This document shows positions 1 through 9,424 of a stretch of DNA of 64,000 nucleotides, piece by piece. Source of the stretch: an uncultured Candidatus Saccharibacteria bacterium (lineage in GTDB: Bacteria > Patescibacteriota > Minisyncoccia > Phycocordibacterales > GWA1-40-21); the NCBI GenBank assembly GCA_964567825.1, contig CAZMNX010000001.1:34775-98774 (forward strand), in the 5' to 3' direction. The translations under genes were made by a program, and so were the position numbers. The notes under the pieces are model-generated. The model was given only the letters and a program-made list of their open reading frames with translations. It had not been told where the DNA came from and ran no database searches. Within the stretch, counting starts at the first letter, position 1. Each line of letters starts with the position of its first letter.

Positions 1-595
1 CAGTCTTGATTGCCAAATTACCACTAACAACCAAACCCGAGCTGGCCACCTTGTCACCCGCCGCTTTATTTACCGGTATCGATTCTCCAGTTAAAGATGA
101 TTCGTCGACTGAGGCCTGACCAGATAAAACCACTCCATCAATCGGAATTCTTTCCCCCAAATCGACTAGGACTGTATCGCCCACCACCACCTCAGCATAA
201 TTAATTTCCAAAATTTCGCCGCTGCGCTCTACTTTAATTTTTACCGGTTTAAGTTTGAGCAGACTTTCTAAACTTTTTTTAGCCTTTGCTTCGTTATAGG
301 CTAAAAGTAATCGAGCAAAAGTCAGCATTAAGTTGATGAAAATGGCCGACAACCATTCTTTTTCAACCAAAGAAAAAACCAAAGCAATGGCCGCCAGAAG
401 ATCGATTGTCACTTTTCGGCTAATCACAACTTTTATCGCGCTCCACACAACAGGTAAAGTACCGATAACCGCCACTAATAGAATAAGCGGATTGTAGATA
501 TCAATATTTAAAACCCTAAGTCCTTCTAAAACCAGAACAATCAGCAAAAAAGCCATCAGGGCAATATCAAAATAGACGGCACGAAGGTATTTCAT
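1..595 (-). CDS. P-type cation/heavy-metal ATPase, N-terminal part (gene runs off the window start)
   Basis: The reverse-strand translation starts at ATG 593-595 with [18 protein letters not shown]. It shows TM helices followed by an actuator-domain-like region ([27 protein letters not shown]). Confidence 0.7.
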   Translation of the reverse strand, partial: MKYLRAVYFDIALMAFLLIVLVLEGLRVLNIDIYNPLILLVAVIGTLPVVWSAIKVVISRKVTIDLLAAIALVFSLVEKEWLSAIFINLMLTFARLLLAYNEAKAKKSLESLLKLKPVKIKVERSGEILEINYAEVVVGDTVLVDLGERIPIDGVVLSGQASVDESSLTGESIPVNKAAGDKVASSGLVVSGNLAIKT

Positions 596-618
596 CAATC
601 TATTTTAGCACACAAAGA

Positions 619-1182
619 TTATTTGTTCAGCTTCACCGCACCCTCACGCAGTACCTCGATTTTATTGTCCTTAATTCTAACCAGAGTTGAGGGTAAAGAA
701 TCTAAATCTCCACCGTCCACGTAAAAATCCACCTTATCACCGAAATATTTCTTGGCCTCCTCTAGGTTTTTCGCCGGCGACTGTCCCTCCAAATTTGCAC
801 TTGGCGCCACCAAGGGTCCAGTTTGTTTGAGGACTTCAATCAAATCCCTCTTATCCGGCAAACGGAAAGCATTACATCCTTCTGGTCGACGGATATGTTC
901 AAACTTAGGACTATTATAAAACATTTCAACACTAACCTTACCTGGCCAATATTTGTTTAAAAACTCACTCACCTCGGTTGAAAGTTTTATACCAAAAAGA
1001 TCTAGGTCAGCAATTGAACTTATCAAGACAATAAAACCTTTGCCATCGGATCGATTTTTAAGCTGGGAAATTCTAGTGACTGTATTAGGCAAATCCGCCC
1101 GACCAACAAGCCCATATATAGTGTCGGTTGGAATAACTCCTATCCCGCCATTTTTAAGAATTTCGGTATTTTCTGGAGACAT
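619..1182 (-). CDS. tsaC: L-threonylcarbamoyladenylate synthase (YrdC/Sua5 family)
   Basis: GGIGVIPTDTIYGL and APSAN motifs typical of YrdC/TsaC; 187 aa. Confidence 0.85.
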   Translation of the reverse strand: MSPENTEILKNGGIGVIPTDTIYGLVGRADLPNTVTRISQLKNRSDGKGFIVLISSIADLDLFGIKLSTEVSEFLNKYWPGKVSVEMFYNSPKFEHIRRPEGCNAFRLPDKRDLIEVLKQTGPLVAPSANLEGQSPAKNLEEAKKYFGDKVDFYVDGGDLDSLPSTLVRIKDNKIEVLREGAVKLNK

Positions 1183-1188
1183 TTTTTC

Positions 1189-1608
1189 TTATTCTAAACC
1201 GGTTCCCCCCTTATTTTCTTTTCCTTCAGTGTAATTTCTGATCACCTGGAAAGCCCGCTCGAACACTTCGCGATAAATTCCATGATGCACACTCTCTAAA
1301 TCAGATAAAATGGCGTCGTGATTTACTCCCTCATCTTTGAATTCTGGATTCAGTAATCTTTTAAGAATCGCGAATTTGTAAATACTGTCGGCCAAGCTCA
1401 GTTGATAGGCCTCATCAGCCTCTTTATTCTCAGATTCCGGTGTTTCGCTTTTTCCAGCTTCTTCAAGCCTTCTGGCCTCATCCATGCGAGCCTCGTATTC
1501 TGCACATTTTCGGGTTAGTTTAGCCACAAGTTCTGGATCGTCTGGTAATCTAATCGCCGCCGGTGCCGATTCTGCGCCCTCTTTTCCTCCTTTAAACATT
1601 CCAAACAT
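1189..1608 (-). CDS. hypothetical protein (139 aa, acidic/coiled-coil)
   Basis: ORF only; no recognizable motif. Confidence 0.35.
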   Translation of the reverse strand: MFGMFKGGKEGAESAPAAIRLPDDPELVAKLTRKCAEYEARMDEARRLEEAGKSETPESENKEADEAYQLSLADSIYKFAILKRLLNPEFKDEGVNHDAILSDLESVHHGIYREVFERAFQVIRNYTEGKENKGGTGLE

Positions 1609-1674
1609 AATTTTTTAAGTTAACTGATAAAAAATAATTATATCAAAAAACATGCTATAATGGTATTAATAAAC

Positions 1675-2733
1675 TCACTTCATCGAATCATAAACACTCC
1701 ACCTTTCCAAACCAAGCGCCCAGGCTGAAAAGCCGCGCAGTTTATTTTGTTTAATTAAAGCAATTTTTTTAGCTACACTTTTAGCATTTTCATACCAAAT
1801 CGTGTAGCCCTTACCGTCCCGACTCCAATAATGAAAATAGGGGGCCTGCTCAGTTGTATCATAACCAAAAGTAACTTTGTATTTTTTAAAAACATTTTCG
1901 ATTCCCTCGTTGCCACCAATTCCCGTTCGCTTACCATCTAGGTCACGCCATTGCCAATAATATAAACCTAGGCCCAAAGAAATTTTCTCGGGCGGAATTT
2001 TAGTTAAACTAAAAGCAACAACCTTAGTTAGCCAAACATAGCCGGTCACCGGACCTTTAGAATAGGGATCATCATAGGACATCAAACTAATAAAATCGGT
2101 GCTGGAAGCCAGACGGGCATAATCATAAACACCAATAATTCTTTCCCATAAATTTTTGGGGTAATCTGGTGGATTTTCTGAAATCTGAGCAATCACCGCC
2201 ACGCTTAATTTCAAATCATTTTCACTAAAGACCACGTAGGCTCGTTCAATGAATTCAGAGAAACGGTCACGGTAAGCCAGTTCCATCTGTTCAAAGTCAA
2301 TTTGCCAACCCCAATAACCAAAGTCCTTGGCCTCCTGAACCAAATCTGCAATCAAAACATCCTGCCGAGTAACATCATCAAGGAAATCACGACTAGTCGT
2401 GGCGTGAAAGTTACCGTTAGTTAATAGCGGCATCACCTTTATTTTATTAAACTTAGCAAAATCTAAAAGATCCGCCTTTACCGAGCCAAAAAGTTTTCCC
2501 TCCTTATCAATTGCATAATTCTGAGGAGCAAAAACGTCAATCGGCCCCGGATGAGCAAAGAATGATTTTCGGGCGTTCGGCCCTTCGCGAAAATAAAATA
2601 ATCTTTCGTATGTTGCCGCCTCCACAACCCCTCCTAAATAAAAAAAGAAGACAACAATTAATAACAATTTAAGTGAAAAACCCCTCATTTCAATAGCATA
2701 ACATAACACCACGTCGTGGAGAAAATATTTCAT
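1675..2733 (-). CDS. glycoside hydrolase family 18-like protein, N-terminal TM anchor
   Basis: GWQIDFEQ matches the GH18 DxxDxDxE catalytic motif, and GFSAWALGLE is chitinase-like; the N-terminus is hydrophobic. Confidence 0.55.
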   Translation of the reverse strand: MKYFLHDVVLCYAIEMRGFSLKLLLIVVFFFYLGGVVEAATYERLFYFREGPNARKSFFAHPGPIDVFAPQNYAIDKEGKLFGSVKADLLDFAKFNKIKVMPLLTNGNFHATTSRDFLDDVTRQDVLIADLVQEAKDFGYWGWQIDFEQMELAYRDRFSEFIERAYVVFSENDLKLSVAVIAQISENPPDYPKNLWERIIGVYDYARLASSTDFISLMSYDDPYSKGPVTGYVWLTKVVAFSLTKIPPEKISLGLGLYYWQWRDLDGKRTGIGGNEGIENVFKKYKVTFGYDTTEQAPYFHYWSRDGKGYTIWYENAKSVAKKIALIKQNKLRGFSAWALGLERWSVYDSMK

Positions 2734-2739
2734 AATAGA

Positions 2740-3276
2740 TTAGGCCGCCTTCTCTTCTAACAAAGCATCCATCTGACTCTCAATCCTATCCATAGACGCC
2801 TTATAGTCAGCGTCACTTATTAAATTTAGGTCGTGTCTAGCTCTTAATATATCCCTCTCATCTCGAGCAAGTGACATCCTTTTTTCTAAATCTTCTTTCT
2901 GCAACCGTTTCTTCTCTTTATCTTGCTCACCTTGTTTTTTTGATTCTAATTCATCACGCTTAGAATCGCCCTGATTCAACCAGGCTTCAACTTCTAAAGC
3001 CTTATTACCTACCCTAGCGGTCATTTCATGAAATTCAACTTGGGCCACTTCATCATTCATTACTTCCATTGTCTGCCCCTCTTCTTCTAACGTATCATAA
3101 GCCTGATTAAGAAAATCAAGTTCTTTCCTTAACTGAGCTGGATCCATCCTAGATAAAACATCGTCAGTCAATTCATCTATTTTGACGTCTGCACCTTTAA
3201 AAAGTGCGTCGAGCATCTCTTCTTTTTCTCCAGGTTTTTTTATATTATCAATTGAGCTCATATAATAAAATATCAT
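2740..3276 (-). CDS. hypothetical coiled-coil protein
   Basis: Charged, low-complexity coiled-coil-like 178 aa. Confidence 0.3.
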   Translation of the reverse strand: MIFYYMSSIDNIKKPGEKEEMLDALFKGADVKIDELTDDVLSRMDPAQLRKELDFLNQAYDTLEEEGQTMEVMNDEVAQVEFHEMTARVGNKALEVEAWLNQGDSKRDELESKKQGEQDKEKKRLQKEDLEKRMSLARDERDILRARHDLNLISDADYKASMDRIESQMDALLEEKAA

Positions 3277-3284
3277 ATCACAAA

Positions 3285-3359
3285 TGGGGTGACTACTGGG
3301 AGTTGAACCCAGACAGAGAGCTCCACAAGCTCGCGTGCTACCGCTACACCATAGCCACC
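3285..3359 (-). tRNA. tRNA-His (GTG), with extra 5' G(-1) and encoded CCA
   Basis: The hand-folded cloverleaf has acceptor GTGGCTA/TAGTCAC, anticodon loop TTGTGGA, T-arm CTGGG-TTCAACT-CCCAG, and a G-1 opposite discriminator C. Confidence 0.8.
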
Positions 3360-3377
3360 ATATTACCGCCAGATTAA

Positions 3378-3911
3378 CTATTTATACTCTGGGGCAGACT
3401 CTTTTATACCACTTTTATGGTTAGCCTGTCTAGCCAAAGCGTATAAAAGACTAGACAGACGATTTAGATAAGATAAGGTGTGCTCCCCGACTTTTACCTT
3501 CCCCTCTTCCGAAACGCCAACAACGCGGCGCTCAGCGCGGCGGGCTAATGTTCTAGCAAAATCAAAATGAGCCGCCAATTCGGTACCACCCGAAACAAAA
3601 AAGGTTTTAATTGGTGGTAATTCTTTTTCAATACTATCTACAATCTTTTCAATATCCTTAACTTTTTCTTCGACGATTTTTTTATCAGCCCCAGCCAATT
3701 CGGCCTGAATCATAAATAAATTTTGTTGAGCATTATTTATTATTTCTGATAATACCAAATCCCGCTGGGCCAGAACCTTACAAATTCCCAAAAAAGAATT
3801 TGTTTCATCTAAAGTTCCAAGCGCCTCAGCGATCGCTGAGCTCTTAGAAATTCTTTGGTCACAACCAAAAGTCTTAGTCGTGCCTTTATCGCCTTTTCTG
3901 GTATATAACAT
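3378..3911 (-). CDS. ATP:cob(I)alamin adenosyltransferase, PduO type
   Basis: N-terminal MLYTRKGDKGTT motif characteristic of PduO-type adenosyltransferase. Confidence 0.8.
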   Translation of the reverse strand: MLYTRKGDKGTTKTFGCDQRISKSSAIAEALGTLDETNSFLGICKVLAQRDLVLSEIINNAQQNLFMIQAELAGADKKIVEEKVKDIEKIVDSIEKELPPIKTFFVSGGTELAAHFDFARTLARRAERRVVGVSEEGKVKVGEHTLSYLNRLSSLLYALARQANHKSGIKESAPEYK

Positions 3912-3934
3912 AGGATAATTATACTCCTTTACTG

Positions 3935-4018
3935 TGCACGGGAGAAGATTTGAACTTCCAAGCCCTTGCGGGCGCTACCACCTCAAGGTAGTGCGTCTAC
4001 CAGTTTCGCCACCCGTGC
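3935..4018 (-). tRNA. tRNA-Leu (GAG), type II with long variable arm
   Basis: Acceptor GCACGGG/CCCGTGC, anticodon stem CTACC/GGTAG with loop TTGAGGT, long variable arm, T-loop TTCAAAT. Confidence 0.75.
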
Positions 4019-4079
4019 AATGCTGGTAATATAGCTTAAAATTAAACAAAAATACAGTGTCGCCACTGTATTTTTGTAA

Positions 4080-4481
4080 TTATTTAGTTTCAGTTGGAGC
4101 TTCAGTTGTTTCGCTTTTAGGTTCTACTGGCTCCTTAGCATTAATGATATTTTTCATCTTACGACGAATTTCCTTGGCCGCTTTTTCACGAACATTATAT
4201 AGTTTTGAACGGCGGGCTTTAGAATTTCTAACAATTTCAATTTTTTCGATATTGGGAGAAAATAAAGGGAAAATTCTTTCGACTCCAACGCCGTCTATTA
4301 CTTTTCTGACGGTCAAAGTACCACCCGCTTCATCACCGTGTTTACGAGCAATGATCATTCCTTCAAAAATCTGAACACGAGACTTATCGCCTTCCACAAT
4401 TTTCTGGTGAACGCGAACAGTATCGCTCGCTTTGAGGTTTAATTTCTTTCTTTCTTCGATGTTTACTGATGAAATTTTCAT
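4080..4481 (-). CDS. rplS: 50S ribosomal protein L19
   Basis: [15 protein letters not shown] and overall L19 pattern. Confidence 0.9.
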   Translation of the reverse strand: MKISSVNIEERKKLNLKASDTVRVHQKIVEGDKSRVQIFEGMIIARKHGDEAGGTLTVRKVIDGVGVERIFPLFSPNIEKIEIVRNSKARRSKLYNVREKAAKEIRRKMKNIINAKEPVEPKSETTEAPTETK

Positions 4482-4519
4482 TAGGCTAATCTAACACAAT
4501 TAAGCTTTTTTCGCAAATT

Positions 4520-5257
4520 TTACTGAACCCTAAAAAACTCCACCGCTTTTTGAAAGTCCGACGGATAAGGAGCGACGATTTTCATTACTTTTCCCTTACC
4601 GTCATCGGTTGGTACTTCAAATTCAATCGCATAAGCGTGTAGGGCCAAACGATTAATGAAAGAATCAATTGGTGACTTGCGATATACCGCGTATTGTTTA
4701 TCTCCAATGATGCCGTGCCCAGTATCGGCAAAATGAACGCGTAACTGGTGCGTTCGCCCGGTTTGCGGATTGGCTTCAATTAACGAAATCTTCTCCTTTC
4801 GAGCTAAGGTTTTATAGTGAGTAATTGCTTCTTTGGTTTCGCCACGAACCGCCTTGCCGGTGGCGCGTTTACGAAAATCGCTTTTATTACGACCAATTGG
4901 CAGATTAATAATTCCCTCATCGTAGCGCACGTCACCATAAACTACGGCATGGTAAAACTTTTCGATCTCCCTTCTAACAAATTGCTTCTTTAAAAAATCA
5001 TAGGTTGCCTGGTTTTTCGCCACCAGAACAATACCCGATGTCTCGCGATCAATCCGATGGACAATTCCCCATCTTTTTATTACTTCACCAATACCGAGCT
5101 TAAGTGGCTCACCCACATTTTCAAGCTTAGGATATTTTTCTTTGATCCAATCAGTTAAAGCTAGCTCTTTAGTTCGACCATCAGTGTGCACAACCAAACC
5201 CGACGGTTTATTAACCGCCAGCAAATTTTTATCTTCATATAGAATTGGAACCTCCAT
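4520..5257 (-). CDS. RluA-family 23S rRNA/tRNA pseudouridine synthase
   Basis: HRIDRETSGIVLVAK catalytic Asp motif; 245 aa. Confidence 0.85.
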   Translation of the reverse strand: MEVPILYEDKNLLAVNKPSGLVVHTDGRTKELALTDWIKEKYPKLENVGEPLKLGIGEVIKRWGIVHRIDRETSGIVLVAKNQATYDFLKKQFVRREIEKFYHAVVYGDVRYDEGIINLPIGRNKSDFRKRATGKAVRGETKEAITHYKTLARKEKISLIEANPQTGRTHQLRVHFADTGHGIIGDKQYAVYRKSPIDSFINRLALHAYAIEFEVPTDDGKGKVMKIVAPYPSDFQKAVEFFRVQ

Positions 5258-5258
5258 G

Positions 5259-5331
5259 TGGGCGATACAGGACTCGAACCTGTGACATCTTCAGTGTAAA
5301 TGAAGCGCTCTACCAACTGAGCTAATCGCCC
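5259..5331 (-). tRNA. tRNA-Val (TAC)
   Basis: GGGCGATTAGCTCAGTTGGTAGAGCGC..., anticodon loop TTTACAC, T-arm CAGGTTCGAGTCCTG. Confidence 0.8.
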
Positions 5332-5346
5332 GTTTCTCCCAGACTG

Positions 5347-5418
5347 TGCCCCCGGTAGGAATCGAACCTACATCAATGCCTTAGAAGAGCACTGCTCGAT
5401 CCATTGAGCTACGAGGGC
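5347..5418 (-). tRNA. tRNA-Arg (TCT)
   Basis: Acceptor GCCCTCG/CGGGGGC, D-arm GCTC-AATGGATC-GAGC, anticodon loop CTTCTAA, T-arm GTAGG-TTCGATT-CCTAC. Confidence 0.75.
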
Positions 5419-5449
5419 AAAACCAAGGGACCACCAGAATATAACAGCT

Positions 5450-5788
5450 TTAGAGAGATGGGTCAACTATTCTGGGGCCGTCCTTTATTTTTTGAAAGTC
5501 GGCCTGCCTAGCCTCGAACAATAACAAGGCTGATTGTAATTTTTTAAGATCTATCGTTTTCGCTGCCGTCGGTTCCGTGATCGGCTCAGATGCTAAATAG
5601 CCGCCACCGATTTCATTACTTAAATAAATTTTCCAAGCATAAAAAGAAATGAGAAACATTATTACCGTAAAAACACAGACGATTATTTTCCAATCTCTGA
5701 CGTAAGATCGATTCGAATACACCGCCGCTTCAGTTTTTACTGATTTGGGGTGTCGCCTGAAAAACTTTTTAAAAGTAATCTTTTTCAT
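5450..5788 (-). CDS. small membrane protein, last gene of the pilus operon
   Basis: One TM helix; position downstream of the pilM/N/O-like genes. Confidence 0.3.
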   Translation of the reverse strand: MKKITFKKFFRRHPKSVKTEAAVYSNRSYVRDWKIIVCVFTVIMFLISFYAWKIYLSNEIGGGYLASEPITEPTAAKTIDLKKLQSALLLFEARQADFQKIKDGPRIVDPSL

Positions 5789-5794
5789 TATTAT

Positions 5795-6355
5795 TTAATT
5801 TTTAAGTTTACCGACAGAAAAATCTAAATCCGCCGACCAGATTCGTTCTCCTTTTGTTGAGCCCAAATCAAAACTATCGTTAAGCGAAACGCTATTTACA
5901 ACCACTACTCTTGGTAAATTTTCAACTGTTTGCAAAAAACGATAAACATTCTCCCAACGCCCAGAGAAATTGACCCTTAACCGAAGAAGATTAGCGGTAT
6001 CTGAAGCGCCCAGCTCGCCAGAATTCTCATAACCAACGAAACCAATTGTTTGAATAACGCCACTGGTTTTGGCCAGTGCTTCAAAATAGCTAATAAAGTC
6101 AGCTGTTTCCCCATTACCACTACCGACAAAGTACTGATCTAGTTTTTGTCGCTCGGCGACCGAACTCGCAATCGAATCTCTTAGGTTCAAATCTCGTTCC
6201 CTCTCGGCTGATGAAATCATCAGTTGTTTAACTTTATCGTTAATACCAACAATCTTGCCGACCAAAAGATTAGAGAAAATTATCGTCAGTGTAATTGTTA
6301 AAACAAAAAAGATTATAACCAGAATAAATATTTTTTTTGAATAATTTAACTTCAT
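5795..6355 (-). CDS. type IV pilus assembly PilO-like protein
   Basis: N-terminal TM, 186 aa, directly downstream of the PilM and PilN-like genes with a 4-nt overlap. Confidence 0.4.
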   Translation of the reverse strand: MKLNYSKKIFILVIIFFVLTITLTIIFSNLLVGKIVGINDKVKQLMISSAERERDLNLRDSIASSVAERQKLDQYFVGSGNGETADFISYFEALAKTSGVIQTIGFVGYENSGELGASDTANLLRLRVNFSGRWENVYRFLQTVENLPRVVVVNSVSLNDSFDLGSTKGERIWSADLDFSVGKLKN

Positions 6356-6897
6356 ATCTCGGTTTTAATATTTATCGTAAAAGGAATATTCGAATCTCTA
6401 ACTAAATCAGAAATTGGCGAGTCAACGACTGAATAGCCAGCTCTGGTTTTTAAATCATTAATAAATGTAACCAAGCCTTGGCGATTTTTCGATATGCCAC
6501 TAACCAAAAACTGGATCTGGTTCTTTTTTACTAAACTAAACGATAGTCGATTGATCTGAACATTAGCATTCCGACTAGTAATAATCTTGGCGAAGTTGGT
6601 TGAGGCGATGGTGTTGTTCCGGCCATAAGCCTCAACCATTTTAATCTCGTCCAATGTTTGGGTTACGATCCTCAACGCACTTTCACCAATATTCTCTTTA
6701 TTTTCAACGTTAATAACCGTCTTAAATTGATCGCCAACCAGCTTGTCTTTTTGACTGACAGAAGCGTAGTAAGGAATAACGTAAGCCAAAAAATAGACTG
6801 AAAGTAAGGCGGCCATTAAAATAACCGCGGTTCCAAGTCGGAGAAAATACTCTGTTCTAATTGTCTTTTTTTGTTTTTCGGTTATTAGATTGGCCAT
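6352..6897 (-). CDS. type IV pilus assembly PilN-like protein
   Basis: Single N-terminal TM, 181 aa, immediately after pilM. Confidence 0.45.
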   Translation of the reverse strand: MANLITEKQKKTIRTEYFLRLGTAVILMAALLSVYFLAYVIPYYASVSQKDKLVGDQFKTVINVENKENIGESALRIVTQTLDEIKMVEAYGRNNTIASTNFAKIITSRNANVQINRLSFSLVKKNQIQFLVSGISKNRQGLVTFINDLKTRAGYSVVDSPISDLVRDSNIPFTINIKTEI

Positions 6898-6900
6898 AAA

Positions 6901-7965
6901 TTAAGATAAACTAAGACCATTCACCGCTGCATAATTTAATGAATCCAGATAACTTAGCTCCGGTGTGTATTGCTCTAATTTAAAGTTATTTATCCAAACA
7001 TTAGCTAAGTCAACCTTTAAATTCAAATTTAGAGACAGGTATTCTGGTAAACCAACAATCGTAGCTTCTTGACCACATAAAATGATCCTATCTACTTCAC
7101 CGACAACATCTTCACGTTCGTTACAGTAAAGGATAAACTTATACAACTCATCTTTGATGGCAGAAATAGTATTAATTAAATAAGAAAAAACTTCCATATT
7201 TTCCTCGTGGCTGTTATAAAGTTTCTCTTTCTTTAGCTTCGAGGCTTCAGCCGGGGAAATCTTAAAATATTTACACAAAGAATCGGTAAACGCCGAACTA
7301 CCAAAATTAATCGAGGAGGTTTGATAGACGACACCGTTTACAACTAAAGATAAGATGATATTAGACTCTTTAATGTTTACCAAAACGATAACCTGCCGAT
7401 TTCCCTCTTTAATTACCGCCCGGGCAACATTGTTGGCTTCACCACCAAAAAAAATAGGGGTTAGGCCCGCCGATTCAAAAACTGCCTGCCAGTCCTCAAT
7501 AAATTTAAGCGGCGAGGCTGTAACAACAACATCTAGTCCGCTTTGTGATTGATTTTTAGGAACAATATCGAAATCAAAAACTGCCTCCTTAGAAGAAAGG
7601 GGAATATTTTCCTCAAGCTTAAAATCTAAAATATCGTGTATCTCCTTAACTTCGAGCTCCGGTAAATGGGTTTTAAAAATATAAGTTTTTTCTTCTGGAA
7701 TAGAAAATCGGACGCAATTAACATTGGTTCTCTGTCTAATTTCCTTTAGCGCCTTAATTACTGAGTCTCTCTTAATAATTTCACTATGAATAATTGACCC
7801 TGCCTCAAAATCAACTTGGCCATACTTTTCTGGCAATAGGCCCTCAGCTCTATTTTTAGTTGAAAGAAAGCAAAAAGCATTATCGACCAATTCCAAAGAG
7901 ACCGCGGGCATGGCTAAAAATTTCGGGGGGGTAAAAAACTTTGAATAATTTGCTTTATGGGCCAT
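6901..7965 (-). CDS. pilM: type IV pilus assembly ATPase-like protein PilM
   Basis: Actin-like ATPase fold motifs (VIVLVNIKESNIILSLVVNGVVYQTSSINFGSSAFTD). The start was moved to the ATG at 7963-7965 (MAHKANYSKFF) because the 8046 ORF start overlaps the upstream DedA gene, and a TATAAT lies about 20 nt upstream. Confidence 0.7.
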   Translation of the reverse strand: MAHKANYSKFFTPPKFLAMPAVSLELVDNAFCFLSTKNRAEGLLPEKYGQVDFEAGSIIHSEIIKRDSVIKALKEIRQRTNVNCVRFSIPEEKTYIFKTHLPELEVKEIHDILDFKLEENIPLSSKEAVFDFDIVPKNQSQSGLDVVVTASPLKFIEDWQAVFESAGLTPIFFGGEANNVARAVIKEGNRQVIVLVNIKESNIILSLVVNGVVYQTSSINFGSSAFTDSLCKYFKISPAEASKLKKEKLYNSHEENMEVFSYLINTISAIKDELYKFILYCNEREDVVGEVDRIILCGQEATIVGLPEYLSLNLNLKVDLANVWINNFKLEQYTPELSYLDSLNYAAVNGLSLS

Positions 7966-7990
7966 AGTATTTCTGGCCTTATTATAGCAT

Positions 7991-8584
7991 TTATTTTTTA
8001 TTTTTAAACCATTCAAAAACACCAGGTAAAATCGAGACAAAAACAATCAGCAAAACGATCGGTAAAAAGTATTTTTCCACTCCGGGAACAAGTTGACCGA
8101 GAAAATAACCAGATGTAATGATAATACTGGGCCATAATACACCCCCGATTATATTCCAGAAAGAGAAACGCTTAAAAGTCATCTCACCAATACCGGCAAA
8201 GATTGGGGCAAAGGTTCTGATCACGGGGATAAAACGGGAGATAACCACGGTCTTGTTACCATACTTCTCAAAGAATCTTTTGGTGTCCTCTAAGTGTTTA
8301 CGATGAAAAAATAGAGAGTCGGCTTTCTCAAACCAACGATGACCAATCGTTTTCCCAAAACCATAACCGACATAGCCGGCTGAAATGGCACAAATAATTG
8401 ATCCGAGAAGCAAAATCGGAAAGTTGAATAAGCCCTGAGATGCTACAAAACCAGCTGTAAATAGAAGCGAATCCCCCGGTAAGAAAAAACCAAAAAATAG
8501 GCCTGATTCAACAAAAACTATAGTCAACACGCCGAATAAACCGACCACCTGAATCAAATACATTATATCGAAAATGTGCGGCAT
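7991..8584 (-). CDS. DedA/SNARE-associated family membrane protein
   Basis: GDSLLFTAGF motif and multiple TM helices; the start was trimmed to MPHIFDIMYL to remove the overlap with the upstream gene. Confidence 0.7.
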   Translation of the reverse strand: MPHIFDIMYLIQVVGLFGVLTIVFVESGLFFGFFLPGDSLLFTAGFVASQGLFNFPILLLGSIICAISAGYVGYGFGKTIGHRWFEKADSLFFHRKHLEDTKRFFEKYGNKTVVISRFIPVIRTFAPIFAGIGEMTFKRFSFWNIIGGVLWPSIIITSGYFLGQLVPGVEKYFLPIVLLIVFVSILPGVFEWFKNKK

Positions 8585-8585
8585 C

Positions 8586-8930
8586 TTATTTAGCTTTAGC
8601 GCCCGGCTTAACATCGACTCCAACTTCAAAAAGTGAAAAGGCCTCCTCCCCGCCCCCAACCGCCAAAACCATGCCATTACTTTCCAAGCCCATTAGTGAT
8701 CTTGGTTCTAAGTTAGTAACAAAAGCACACTTTTTTCCAACTAGGATACTTAAATCAGGAAAATATTTAGAGATCCCCGAGACAATTTGACGGGGCGCAC
8801 CTTCAGCAAAATCAACAGACAACTTCAGAAGCTTCTCCGAATTTTCAATTTTTTCAACAGCTAGGATCTGGCCAATCTTGATTTCTACTTTTTTAAAATC
8901 GTCGTAATTTATTTTTATTTCATCAGTCAT
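8586..8930 (-). CDS. tRNA-binding domain protein (CsaA / MetRS C-terminal EMAP-like)
   Basis: VEIKIGQILAVEKIENSEKLLKLSVDFAEG and SNGMVLA are typical of the OB-fold tRNA-binding domain. Confidence 0.7.
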   Translation of the reverse strand: MTDEIKINYDDFKKVEIKIGQILAVEKIENSEKLLKLSVDFAEGAPRQIVSGISKYFPDLSILVGKKCAFVTNLEPRSLMGLESNGMVLAVGGGEEAFSLFEVGVDVKPGAKAK

Positions 8931-8932
8931 AA

Positions 8933-9310
8933 TTATTTATTTTTATCAATATAACTTTGTAAAATTATCGCCGCTGCTGAAGCATCGATCATATCATTTT
9001 CCCCAGTAATCTGGCTTGCCTGAATTGAAGTCATAAATTCTGGCTCGAAAATAACTTTTAGGCCGATTAATTCCAGCTGTTTTCTAAAACCATCGATCTT
9101 CCACATGATCTCATTAATTTTCCCATGAAAATCACGCGATTCGCCCATCACCACTACTTCCACATTATTTTTAATACACAAATTAGCTATATTTTTCAAT
9201 AAATCACTATCGTTGGTTAAAACAATTTGAGGAAAGGCAATCCTTCCTTCATCATCAGACATAGCAATCCCCACTCTTTTTTCGCCAAAATCAATTCCTA
9301 GATATCGCAT
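8933..9310 (-). CDS. ruvX: Holliday junction resolvase-like protein RuvX/YqgF
   Basis: MRYLGIDFGEKRVGIAMSD N-terminus. Confidence 0.85.
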   Translation of the reverse strand: MRYLGIDFGEKRVGIAMSDDEGRIAFPQIVLTNDSDLLKNIANLCIKNNVEVVVMGESRDFHGKINEIMWKIDGFRKQLELIGLKVIFEPEFMTSIQASQITGENDMIDASAAAIILQSYIDKNK

Positions 9311-9354
9311 CTCCCCATCTTACACTAAAACAAACAATCAATAAATATGTCAAA

Positions 9355-9395
9355 GGGGTGGGGCGAATATTTCGCGCCCCACCCCCCTTTTTTTC
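9355..9395. terminator. GC-rich hairpin GGGGTGGGGCG-AATATTT-CGCGCCCCACCCC followed by T8; boundary of the GC-rich cassette
   Basis: Perfect 11-bp inverted repeat and T-run read directly, 30 nt downstream of the stop of the 9425..10333 gene. Confidence 0.45.
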
Positions 9396-9424
9396 TTCCT
9401 GCTTTCTTTGTACAGACAGACGGC

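Noticed and set aside
4057-4374. Plus-strand ORF antisense to rplS, and other short antisense ORFs in the track (e.g. 953..1234, 7355..7552, 13737..13982, 33263..33598)
   Set aside because: They are embedded antisense in well-supported genes with no independent signals.
8585-8677. 91-nt overlap between the DedA ORF (as given, start 8677) and the upstream CsaA-like gene
   Set aside because: An internal ATG at 8582-8584 (MPHIFDIMYL) removes the overlap and leaves a typical DedA N-terminus.
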